Sequence record: SRR20825019_2778 | Strand: one strand, 5' to 3' | DNA: 51,950 nucleotides | Shown: in pieces, positions 17,345-27,104 of the stretch | Layout of the letters: every line of letters starts with the position of its first letter | Numbering within the stretch: the first letter of the stretch is position 1 | Notes under the pieces: generated by a model | What the model saw: the letters and a program-made list of their open reading frames with translations, nothing else | Database searches by the model: none | Told to the model about the DNA's origin: nothing | Translations under genes and position numbers: made by a program

Positions 17345-18894
17345 CCCTGCTCCTTATAAGCGGATTGATCCAGATGTTGATATAACCAGGCCGCCCGTTC
17401 GCGGATGGCCTTTTTTTCATCATTGTTTTTGTTATCCCAGTTCCTTACCTGCATGCCCAGCCGCGGGTTACGCGCCAGCCACTCCTGATGATGATCAATA
17501 AAAGACCAGTACAAAGTCGTAAATGGGCAAGCCTCCTCGCCACTGGCCTGTTTGGGATTGAATTCGCAGTGGACACAGTAGTTGGACATGCGCTTGATAT
17601 AGGCGCCGCTGGCAATATAGGGCTTTGAGCCGACAATACCACCATCGGCATACTGACTCATACCAATAGTGTTGGGGATTTCCACCCAGGCCACGGCATC
17701 GATATACATACCCAGATACCAGCGATGAATCTGTTCCGGTTTGATGCCCCATAATAATGAGAACAGACCGGTCACCATCAGTCTTTGTATATGATGACCG
17801 TAGCCGTAAGTCAGTACTTGCTTAACAGACTGATGCATACATTGCATATCGGTCCTGGCATTCCAGTAAAAGCCGGGCAGATCCTGTTCAGCCTCAAGCG
17901 CGTTATAGTCAAGCCAGTTATCACGGTAATACCAGTAGAGCCCGCGAACATATTCGCGCCAGCCCAGGATTTGACGGATAAACCCTTCCACCGCATTAAG
18001 CGGCGCTTTGCTATCCCGGTAAGCTTTTTCGGCGGCTTCAATCACTTCCATGGGATGCAGTAGTTTCAGGTTAAGACAGCCTGACAGACGGGCATGGTAC
18101 AGAAAGGGCTGTTCGGTCCACATCGCATCCTGATAATCACCGAATTGTGACAGCCGCTTGTCGATGAAATCATCCAGTTGCTTCAGGGCCTGTTCACGGG
18201 TGACCGGCCAGTTGAATTTATCCATTTCGCCCGGCAAGTCCGGCAATAACTGCTCAATGTCACGGATAACCGTCCGGGTTATTGCGTCGGGTTTGAACTC
18301 AAGCGATTTGGGCGCTGAACCCGGCCCATTTTTACCGAATGACTTACGGTTGTCCTTATCAAAATTCCACTGGCCGCCTTCAGGAGCATTATTGTCATCC
18401 ATCAGGATGTGCCTGTCCTGACGCAGATGCCGGTACCAGTGTTCCATTCTGGGCTGACGCCGATCCTGCATCCAGCGTTTGAACTCTCCGCGACGGCTGA
18501 TAAAGTGATTGTCGGTCAGCCACTCAATCTCAAGCTGGTGCTGCTGACAGCACGCAGAAAGTTCATGCATCACTGCAACATCACCGGGCAATACGCAGCG
18601 AACTTGCTGAATGTCATGCTGTTTGAGGGTGCTAGAGAGGGCCTCGCTAAAGCTTTGATAGCCGTCACTGAGCGTGGCGTAATCTAACTGAAAACCTTCG
18701 ATGTCGATGGCTTGGGCAAAATGCCGCATTGCAGACAGAAACAGCACACTGCGTTGTTTGCTGGAAGGGGTTTTGCTGGAGGCGTCACTGACTTCCGCCA
18801 TCCAGAACAGATCCTTATCCCGATCCACATTATCCCAGAGCAAGCTGTCACGATTGAGTTGATCACCCAGAATCAGGTTAAGACGTAACCCCAT
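17341..18894 (-). CDS. FeS-BCP/CryPro cryptochrome-photolyase (prokaryotic (6-4) photolyase type)
   Basis: LILGDQL, FGDYQDAM, EGFIRQILGWREY, HHIQRLM, KPYIASGAYI; four Fe-S Cys (MQCM, YCVHC, ACPF). Confidence 0.93.
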   Translation of the reverse strand: MGLRLNLILGDQLNRDSLLWDNVDRDKDLFWMAEVSDASSKTPSSKQRSVLFLSAMRHFAQAIDIEGFQLDYATLSDGYQSFSEALSSTLKQHDIQQVRCVLPGDVAVMHELSACCQQHQLEIEWLTDNHFISRRGEFKRWMQDRRQPRMEHWYRHLRQDRHILMDDNNAPEGGQWNFDKDNRKSFGKNGPGSAPKSLEFKPDAITRTVIRDIEQLLPDLPGEMDKFNWPVTREQALKQLDDFIDKRLSQFGDYQDAMWTEQPFLYHARLSGCLNLKLLHPMEVIEAAEKAYRDSKAPLNAVEGFIRQILGWREYVRGLYWYYRDNWLDYNALEAEQDLPGFYWNARTDMQCMHQSVKQVLTYGYGHHIQRLMVTGLFSLLWGIKPEQIHRWYLGMYIDAVAWVEIPNTIGMSQYADGGIVGSKPYIASGAYIKRMSNYCVHCEFNPKQASGEEACPFTTLYWSFIDHHQEWLARNPRLGMQVRNWDNKNNDEKKAIRERAAWLYQHLDQSAYKEQG

Positions 18895-19289
18895 CAGACG
18901 GTAGCCAGCACCAGTGAGAGGGCGGCAATCAGGCTGAGCTGACCACGCAGCATCAGAAAATCATGCGCAATAAAGCGCCGTAGCAGAAACCATTCATACA
19001 GCCACAAAGCAACAAAGGACAGTGCTGCCAGCCAGAACCAGTTGTAGGCCGGCGTGATTAGCCAGAGCCAGGCCCAGAGCATCGCACTCACGGAAACCAA
19101 AGCAACATGCGCCGGCATTTTTTCCCTGAGACTTAAACTCCACAACATGCCGCCCAGGAAACTGAAAATCAGTGCGGCATAATCAATCAGAAAAATGGCG
19201 GCATGGCGACTATCGAGCAGGCTGGCGGTCGCTAAAAAGACAAAAGGAATCAGGCCGGCATAACCAAGGTAGCGATGTTGTGGGCTCAT
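18894..19289 (-). CDS. DUF3429-family membrane protein
   Basis: LGYAGLIPF, YAALIFSFLGG.W, LRGQLS; TGATG overlaps on both sides. Confidence 0.85.
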   Translation of the reverse strand: MSPQHRYLGYAGLIPFVFLATASLLDSRHAAIFLIDYAALIFSFLGGMLWSLSLREKMPAHVALVSVSAMLWAWLWLITPAYNWFWLAALSFVALWLYEWFLLRRFIAHDFLMLRGQLSLIAALSLVLATV

Positions 19290-20752
19290 CAGGCAAACTC
19301 CGTTTGATCCAGGGAAAAGGGTTTAATAACCAGCCGCTGGTGCTTTTGCTGGTCCGGATTGAGCAGGAAACGCAGCAGAATTTTGTAGCTATCCCGGTCG
19401 AAATAGGCGGGATTGCGCTGGTTTTTATTCAGCAACTGCTGACAGTCAGATTCATCTTTGACCTGGCCCAGATAGCGCCACTGATCAATCAGATGATAAT
19501 GCACTGTCTCCCAGTCCTGATGGACGGGGTGTTCTTCAATAATGATGGGGCCAGGCCAGGGCCATTGCTGATTTTTCAGGCTATCAAGCGCCAGTTTCAG
19601 GCGCAGGTTATAGCTTGTTGCGCTTTCTTTGCCGCAACAGGCCCCCTTGCATTTTTTGAGCTGAAAGCCGAAACAGGCACCACGCTGGCGTTTTTCCAGA
19701 CCGCAGAGTTTCTGGCACAGCTGATGAGACTGAATCAAGTCGAGCAAGGTGTTCTGAGCCTGTTTACGGCTGCGAAACAGGCCATAGCGACGGGTGATAT
19801 CTTCGATCGCGGTCATATCTGTCGCCACCACTTCGGTTTGCAGCAGGCCATCTTCATTGGTTGTCAGTGAGAGTTGATACAGCGTTTTGCTTTTGGTCTG
19901 CCTGCGGTTAAAACGTGGCGAATATTGCTTAATTTCGGTGTTTTCCAGTAACTGGGCACCGAAATCGGAGGGCGTTTGTTCGAATTCGATATGATGCAGT
20001 GCTTTGCTGATATCGAGTTCCTTGGCGTTCTGATGATCCTGGCTAAAGTGGCTCAGTACCCGTTCGCGGATATTCACTGATTTACCGATATAAAGCGGTA
20101 CGCCTTCGGCATCGAGGAAACGGTAAATACCGGGCATGTCGGGCAGGGCATCAATCTGTTCCGGGCTGATATGACTGGGCAGGCTGGGCCGTTTCAACAG
20201 CTGTTTGCAGACCGCCTCAATCTCCTCAATGGGAAACCTGTCGCAGATATGCTGCAAAAAGGCGAGAATCACTTCGGTATCGGCCATGGCACGGTGACGT
20301 CCATCGATGTCGATACCCAGCCGCTCGATAATGCGATCCAGACCGTGGTAACGGTGTTCGGGAAACAACTTGCGGCTCAGTCTGACCGAGCACAAAGTCT
20401 TGCTGTTGAGTTGGAAGCCGCAACGCTGGAAAGACTGCTTGAGAAAGCTGTAGTCAAAGCGGGCGTTATGAGCAACGATAACCCGGTCCTGCAGGCGCTC
20501 GAACAGCCCGGCAGCAATCGCTTCGAAATAGGGAGCCTGTGCCACCATCGGATTACTGATGCCGGTCAGGCGGGTAATCCAGGGCGGAATAGCGATACCG
20601 GGGTTAATCAGGGTCTGCCAGCGATCAACAACGACGCCGTCGTCTATTTGAATCAAAGCCAGCTCGGTCATACGATCCCGACTGGCACGGCCACCGGTAG
20701 TCTCGCAATCGAGCAGAACCAGGCGGGAAGGGAATGCAGATAAATCAGCCAT
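19289..20752 (-). CDS. DEDDh 3'-5' exonuclease (Pol III epsilon-like) fused to a UvrC/Cho-like GIY-YIG endonuclease
   Basis: LDCETTG, AHNARFD, HRAMAD; PGIYRF...LYIGKSVNIRERVLSHF; Cys-rich CFGFQLKKCKGACCG. Confidence 0.92.
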   Translation of the reverse strand: MADLSAFPSRLVLLDCETTGGRASRDRMTELALIQIDDGVVVDRWQTLINPGIAIPPWITRLTGISNPMVAQAPYFEAIAAGLFERLQDRVIVAHNARFDYSFLKQSFQRCGFQLNSKTLCSVRLSRKLFPEHRYHGLDRIIERLGIDIDGRHRAMADTEVILAFLQHICDRFPIEEIEAVCKQLLKRPSLPSHISPEQIDALPDMPGIYRFLDAEGVPLYIGKSVNIRERVLSHFSQDHQNAKELDISKALHHIEFEQTPSDFGAQLLENTEIKQYSPRFNRRQTKSKTLYQLSLTTNEDGLLQTEVVATDMTAIEDITRRYGLFRSRKQAQNTLLDLIQSHQLCQKLCGLEKRQRGACFGFQLKKCKGACCGKESATSYNLRLKLALDSLKNQQWPWPGPIIIEEHPVHQDWETVHYHLIDQWRYLGQVKDESDCQQLLNKNQRNPAYFDRDSYKILLRFLLNPDQQKHQRLVIKPFSLDQTEFA

Positions 20753-20760
20753 CACAATTA

Positions 20761-20895
20761 TTACGACTGCCTGCGGCAGCGTTCGGAACAGTATTTAACC
20801 TGGTCCCAGTTTCTCTGCCATTTCCTGCGCCAGCTGAAAGGGCGCTGGCAGACGGGACAGATTTTGCTGGGCAGGTGTGGTTTCTGATGGACCAT
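20761..20895 (-). CDS. DUF2256-family small Cys-rich protein (44 aa)
   Basis: Hand translation [44 protein letters not shown]; absent from the ORF track. Confidence 0.9.
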   Translation of the reverse strand: MVHQKPHLPSKICPVCQRPFSWRRKWQRNWDQVKYCSERCRRQS

Positions 20896-20955
20896 GTCAC
20901 GGTATTGAAAGCAGAGCTGATAATCTCGCTTTCAGTCCGTGAAAATGCTGTGAAT

Positions 20956-21513
20956 CTAGACGGTCTCTGGCAGTTTAATCATATGCTCGCGGTAATGCTG
21001 GAGTTCGCGGATGGAATCCTTGATATCGTCCATCGCCAGATGCGAGGCATTTTTCTTAAACGCTTTTTCTACTTTGGGGGCCCAGCGGCGCGCAAGTTCC
21101 TTGAAGCTGCTGACATCCAGGTTGCGATAATGAAAAAAGGCTTCCAGCTCCGGCATACAGCGCGCCAGAAAGCGCCGATCCTGACAAATGCTGTTGCCGC
21201 ACATGGGGGACACGCCGGCCGGTACATACTTGCGTAAAAACTCGAGCGTTTTTTCTTCGGCTAATGCTTCCGTTATGGTGCTTTCCCGCACCCGCTCGGT
21301 GAGACCGGATTTGCCATGTTGACGGGTATTCCATTCATCCATCCCATCCAGTACCGAATCAGGTTGATGTATGGCATAGATGGGGCCCTCTCCCAGCACG
21401 TTGAGTTCGCTGTCAGTGACGACGGTGGCGATTTCGATAATATAATCGTTATTGGTGTCGAGACCGGTCATCTCCAGGTCAATCCAAATCAGGTTGTTTT
21501 TACTTTTGGCCAT
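20956..21513 (-). CDS. orn: Oligoribonuclease
   Basis: [42 protein letters not shown] before ATG 21513. Confidence 0.98.
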   Translation of the reverse strand: MAKSKNNLIWIDLEMTGLDTNNDYIIEIATVVTDSELNVLGEGPIYAIHQPDSVLDGMDEWNTRQHGKSGLTERVRESTITEALAEEKTLEFLRKYVPAGVSPMCGNSICQDRRFLARCMPELEAFFHYRNLDVSSFKELARRWAPKVEKAFKKNASHLAMDDIKDSIRELQHYREHMIKLPETV

Positions 21514-21620
21514 GGTCTCCGTCTTTTTCATTGATGGGGTGGGATGAACTAACTTGCCAGAGATTGTATCAAAGGCTACTCTTCATGACATTTTTATATG
21601 GGAAAACTTAGGCTTAGCGT

Positions 21621-22865
21621 ATGAACGAATTCAGTTGGATATTTTTGGCGGCGGTGTTGTTGATGACTGCTGTGGAGGTCTGGTTGTCATTCAGACAGGG
21701 TCGCTATGTCGCTGCTCATCGCAATGAAGTCCCGCCGGCGTTCAGGGAAGAAATCAGCCTGGCCGCGCATCAGAAAGCGGCCGACTATACTGTGGCTAAA
21801 GGCAAGTTCAAACGCAGTGAAACGCTGTACAGTACCGTTATCCTCCTGCTCTGGACCCTGGGGGGCGGACTGGCGCTGCTCTATGGCGCCTGGACACCAT
21901 TTGAGATGGGCCCGATGCTGGGTGGGGTTATCTTTTTCCTCAGTTTCCTGTTAATCGGCTCGCTGCTGGAGCTGCCTTTTTCCTATTACAAAACCTTTGT
22001 GCTCGAAGATAAATTCGGTTTTAACCGGCAGACACCAGGTCTGTTTCTGTCGGATTTCATCAAGCAAACCATTCTGATGCTGGTTGTCGGTGGTCTGTTG
22101 ATCTGGGTCGCATTATGGATGATGGGGAGTGCGGGTGAACTCTGGTGGCTCTATCTGTGGGTTGCCTGGATGGGCTTTGCTGTATTTATGATGTGGGCTT
22201 ACCCGGCCTTTATCGCACCGTTGTTTAACAAATTCACGCCGCTTGAAGACGAGCAACTGCAAAAACGGGTGGAGAATCTGCTGAGCCGCTGTGGTTTCAA
22301 GAGTCAGGGCATTTTTGTGATGGATGGTTCACGTCGCAGCGGTCATGGCAATGCTTACTTTACCGGCATGGGCAGTAACAAACGCATCGTATTTTTCGAC
22401 ACCTTGCTGAACACGTTGAATGAAGATCAGATTGAGGCAGTACTGGCCCATGAACTCGGCCACTTCAGCCGTAAGCACGTGGTTAAAAACATGTTTGTGA
22501 TGGCGGGCCTGAGCCTGCTGGGGCTGGCATTGTTGGGCTGGGTCTCGAATCAGCCATGGTTCTTCGCAGGTCTGGGTGCCAATACCGAGTCCAATGCGAT
22601 GGCGCTGGCGCTGTTTATGCTGGTGATACCGGTTTTTCTGTTCTTCCTGCATCCGCTAATGACGGCACTGTCACGCAAGTATGAATACGAAGCGGATGAT
22701 TACGCGGCCTCGGTCTCCAATTCGGATGATTTGATCACGGCGTTGGTGGCGCTTTATAAGGAAAATGCCAGCACGCTGACACCGGATCCGCTGGTTTCTG
22801 CCGTTTATGACTCTCACCCACCGGCGGCTTTGCGGATTGCGCATCTGCAGTCGGGGAGAGCGTAA
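21621..22865 (+). CDS. M48 (Ste24-like) membrane zinc metalloprotease
   Basis: DGSRRSGHGNAYF, AHELGH, EYEAD, SHPP. Confidence 0.95.
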   Translation: MNEFSWIFLAAVLLMTAVEVWLSFRQGRYVAAHRNEVPPAFREEISLAAHQKAADYTVAKGKFKRSETLYSTVILLLWTLGGGLALLYGAWTPFEMGPMLGGVIFFLSFLLIGSLLELPFSYYKTFVLEDKFGFNRQTPGLFLSDFIKQTILMLVVGGLLIWVALWMMGSAGELWWLYLWVAWMGFAVFMMWAYPAFIAPLFNKFTPLEDEQLQKRVENLLSRCGFKSQGIFVMDGSRRSGHGNAYFTGMGSNKRIVFFDTLLNTLNEDQIEAVLAHELGHFSRKHVVKNMFVMAGLSLLGLALLGWVSNQPWFFAGLGANTESNAMALALFMLVIPVFLFFLHPLMTALSRKYEYEADDYAASVSNSDDLITALVALYKENASTLTPDPLVSAVYDSHPPAALRIAHLQSGRA

Positions 22866-22866
22866 G

Positions 22867-23145
22867 ATGCGGCTGCTGGTGACTTCGCTGATGATTTTAT
22901 TCAGCGGTGCCACGCTGGCTCAGAGTGGTAAAGCCTTGCATGATTCGGCCTGTATGGAGTGCCATGCCTCGCTGGCGGGAGGCGACCCATATCAGTTGTA
23001 TCAACGTGATGATCGCAAGGTTCGCTCACTGCAGGATCTGGAGTCTCGGCTGCAGCACTGTATGCGGGCAGCCGATGTCAGCTGGGACCGTGATCAGCAG
23101 AAAGCGGTAGTCGATTATCTCAACAGCCGTTTTTACCGCTTCTAG
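22867..23145 (+). CDS. Small periplasmic monoheme cytochrome c with an extra Cys (green-heme-protein-like)
   Basis: Signal peptide, CMECH, LQHCM, YLNSRFYRF; start at ATG 22867. Confidence 0.85.
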   Translation: MRLLVTSLMILFSGATLAQSGKALHDSACMECHASLAGGDPYQLYQRDDRKVRSLQDLESRLQHCMRAADVSWDRDQQKAVVDYLNSRFYRF

Positions 23146-24176
23146 GCGAAATTGACGCGGTTGCGGCCTTCGTCTTTGGACCGATACAGCGCCCGATCGG
23201 CGCGCTCGATCAGATCGCGGGGGGTGTCGCCGGGTTGCAGATGAGTGATACCGACGGAAACGGTGACCTGGCCGATAGACTCTTCACTGCCTTTCTTTTT
23301 GAGGCGGCTGGTAGCAAATTTCTCACGGATTTTTTCTGCCAGCATAAAAGTTTCTTCCAGGCTGCTGTGCAGGAAAATCATTGCCATTTCTTCCCCGCCG
23401 AAACGGGCAGCAATGTGCATATCATCACGATGTGCATTCAGAATCGAGGCAAAGTACTGCAACACTTTGTCACCCAGCAAATGACCGAAAGTGTCGTTCA
23501 AACGCTTGAAATTATCGATATCGAATAAAGCCAGAGAAAAGGTCATATCCTGATCCTGACATAACTGCCACAGTTCCCGGTTGAAAGTGCCACGGTTAAT
23601 CAGACCGGTCAGGCCGTCAGTCCGTGCAGACTGTTTGACCGTTTCCAGTTCCTCACGCAATTTCATGATTTCCTGGGATGAACGGGTGAGTTCACTCTTG
23701 AGCTCATGACTGCTCTGGCTCAGCTGTTGAGTGTTACTGAGGATCTGGGTTACCAGGCCTTTGAGTTCCTGAATATCATTGCAGTTTTCCAGCAAAGACT
23801 GGCTCTGGCTCAGTCCCGAGCTGCAGTGCGTCGCTGCGGCTTCCACCCGGTTGATATTCTGCAGGGTATTGTCGACCACCAGCTTGAGACCATTATTGGT
23901 GTGATTGAGACGTTCTGGCATGCCCATCAGCACATATTTCTCATACAGGTATTGAGTGACTTCTGCGGTAATCGGCTGATTTTTGCTCAGGCGGGTGTCG
24001 ATGGCACTGATCAGTTCGGCATTATCGCCTGAGACATATTCGTACCAGACGGCATAGTTGACCGGGTTGACGGGCGTTTTGTGCTGGTTGACGAGGGGAA
24101 GGGTACGCCGTAGGTTTTCTGATGCCTGCTGGAATTCGTGGTCGTAGACGGGGGGGAACGACGTTACTTTGTTCAC
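23142..24176 (-). CDS. Soluble diguanylate cyclase (VdcA-like N-terminus + GGDEF)
   Basis: TPVNPVNYAVWYEYV, DGLTGLINR, DIDNFKRLNDTFGH, RFGGEE. Confidence 0.93.
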   Translation of the reverse strand: MNKVTSFPPVYDHEFQQASENLRRTLPLVNQHKTPVNPVNYAVWYEYVSGDNAELISAIDTRLSKNQPITAEVTQYLYEKYVLMGMPERLNHTNNGLKLVVDNTLQNINRVEAAATHCSSGLSQSQSLLENCNDIQELKGLVTQILSNTQQLSQSSHELKSELTRSSQEIMKLREELETVKQSARTDGLTGLINRGTFNRELWQLCQDQDMTFSLALFDIDNFKRLNDTFGHLLGDKVLQYFASILNAHRDDMHIAARFGGEEMAMIFLHSSLEETFMLAEKIREKFATSRLKKKGSEESIGQVTVSVGITHLQPGDTPRDLIERADRALYRSKDEGRNRVNFA

Positions 24177-24240
24177 GCGTGGCTCTCAATATGAATTAAC
24201 CCTACATGAGCTAGGAGAATTACCTAAATCTGCAGGAATA

Positions 24241-25518
24241 TCAAGCCTGTTTTACTTTTTGTGCGCGTGTTGCCAGTAATATGGCGAGAATTATTGTGAT
24301 AACGGGAATGGCCTGCATCATGATTTGACTGGAAACTGCGACCAGCGCTGCCAGCAGCGTCAGCATCAAAAAACTAATCATAACGATATTCTGCACCCAG
24401 TTATTCCCCGCCAGAATGGTGCCCAGCTGATTAGCCGGTGCATGCAACTGGATCAGCGCATTCAGCGGGATAATGAACAGGCCACCGAAAAAACCGAAGC
24501 TGAGGATGGTCAAAGCGAATGCCATTGTCGAGGCCAGCCATGGCACGATAAACAACACCACGCTCATACCGATGGCGCCAACAGGAATCAGGCTGGTTTT
24601 AATCTGCCCCTTGCGGCCGGTTCCGGCCACCAGGGAACCGATAATAATGCCGATGCCAGAACAGGCCAGCAGGCCCTGAATAATGATGGTGTTGTCCTCG
24701 ATCAGCACAATCTTGGCAAACGCCGGAAAGGTCGCCAGAAAAGTCTGAGAGATACCCCAGAACATCGACAGACCCAGAATGGCGTACCAGATGATGGGCT
24801 GATGATAAAGACGTTGCAGGTTCTCCCGCAGAATATGGCCTTTGCGGTAGCGCTGCCAGTCAAAGCGTTGTTCGGGTAATGCCGACTTTGTGAACGGCAG
24901 ACGGCAGGCCAGAATAAATTCCACCACACTGAGCAGAACCAACAACCAGCCTATCGGCGCGATATGCTGAATCAGCTCGGCCTCATTGTTGTATTGATGT
25001 CCGCTCAACTGTGTTTCAAACAGGATAGTAAAAATAAAAATGCCGCTTAAAATCGCAACAATCGTGGTGGCCTGAATAAAACCATTGGCCGGTGCCAGCC
25101 GTTCATTACCGGCCAGTTCTCGGATATAACCATATTTGGCGGGGGAGTAGAGTGCGCTCTGGGCAGCGAGTAGCAGTGTCAGGGCGAAGGCAAACAGAAA
25201 CCAGCCCTGGTAGTAAGCCAGCGTGATCAGCAGGGTAATCACAATGGCAGCAAAGGCCGTTGCCCGCATGAGTTGTGGTTTGGCAAAACGATCCGACAGA
25301 TAGCCAGCGGGTGTGAACAACAGGATAAAAGGCAGCAGAATCAGCGCATTGACAATGGCAGTCAGGCCGACTTGCGTCGCATCATCATAAATCTTAAAAA
25401 TCGTGTTCTGTATCAGGATTTTATGGCCCAGATCGACCATCGCATTGATAAAGGCGACAGCCAGAAAGCTCATGAATCCGGGCAGGCCGGCCGTTTCCAG
25501 CAAATTGGACTTTTTCAC
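24241..25518 (-). CDS. MFS transporter, LplT/Aas-N-terminal type
   Basis: FINAMVDLGHKILIQN, AQSALYSPAKYG, IPLNALIQ; probable GTG start at 25518, just after the usp stop. Confidence 0.85.
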   Translation of the reverse strand: MKKSNLLETAGLPGFMSFLAVAFINAMVDLGHKILIQNTIFKIYDDATQVGLTAIVNALILLPFILLFTPAGYLSDRFAKPQLMRATAFAAIVITLLITLAYYQGWFLFAFALTLLLAAQSALYSPAKYGYIRELAGNERLAPANGFIQATTIVAILSGIFIFTILFETQLSGHQYNNEAELIQHIAPIGWLLVLLSVVEFILACRLPFTKSALPEQRFDWQRYRKGHILRENLQRLYHQPIIWYAILGLSMFWGISQTFLATFPAFAKIVLIEDNTIIIQGLLACSGIGIIIGSLVAGTGRKGQIKTSLIPVGAIGMSVVLFIVPWLASTMAFALTILSFGFFGGLFIIPLNALIQLHAPANQLGTILAGNNWVQNIVMISFLMLTLLAALVAVSSQIMMQAIPVITIILAILLATRAQKVKQA

Positions 25519-25538
25519 GCCTAGTGGTGCTTTGACAG

Positions 25539-25982
25539 TCAGTCTTTGAGTCTGACAGCGAGTACATCGCAATGCGCGTGATGCAGTACGGCATTGGCGG
25601 TGGAGCCCAGCAGCATCTTAATACCGTGGCGGCCATGGGAGCCGACCACGATTAAATCCACTTGATTTTCATCCGCGATCCTGACCAGATCATGACCGGG
25701 GCTACCACACTCCACCCATTGCTGGTTGGAAGGAATCGAGCGTGCTGCGGCCAGCTTGTTAAGTTGTTTCTTAGCTGACTCGAGCAGGGCTTCACGCATA
25801 TCGATGTCAACGCTGATCATTGGCTCATAGGCGAAGTCGGTCAACGGAAAATCTTCCACGATATGGCAGATGCTGAGTTTGGCCTGATTACGATTGGCAA
25901 GTGCCTGTGCCTTGTTGCAGACCTCATCGGTGTGGCTGGAAAAATCTACGGCGATCAGAATATGTTGATAATCGGAATCCAT
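25539..25982 (-). CDS. Universal stress protein (UspA family)
   Basis: YQHILIAVDFS, DLIVVGSHGRHG, LLGSTANAVLHHA. Confidence 0.95.
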   Translation of the reverse strand: MDSDYQHILIAVDFSSHTDEVCNKAQALANRNQAKLSICHIVEDFPLTDFAYEPMISVDIDMREALLESAKKQLNKLAAARSIPSNQQWVECGSPGHDLVRIADENQVDLIVVGSHGRHGIKMLLGSTANAVLHHAHCDVLAVRLKD

Positions 25983-25997
25983 CTGTGCTCCTCCAAC

Positions 25998-26023
25998 AAA
26001 AAAGGGCGGTGAGCCCGCCCTTT
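25998..26023 (-). terminator. Intrinsic terminator after trxB
   Basis: AAAGGGCGG-GCTCA-CCGCCCTTTTTT on the minus strand. Confidence 0.7.
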
Positions 26024-26035
26024 CATTGTATGACT

Positions 26036-27043
<1,008 letters not shown>

Positions 27044-27104
27044 TTAGTTCAAAAGCTGTGTTAAAATCGGACGTTAATTTATTGGCTGAGTTGGAAATAT
27101 CACA

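Noticed and set aside
19172..21237. Long plus-strand ORFs (19172-19870, 20171-20743, 20734-21237)
   Set aside because: Antisense to well-supported minus-strand genes, including DUF2256
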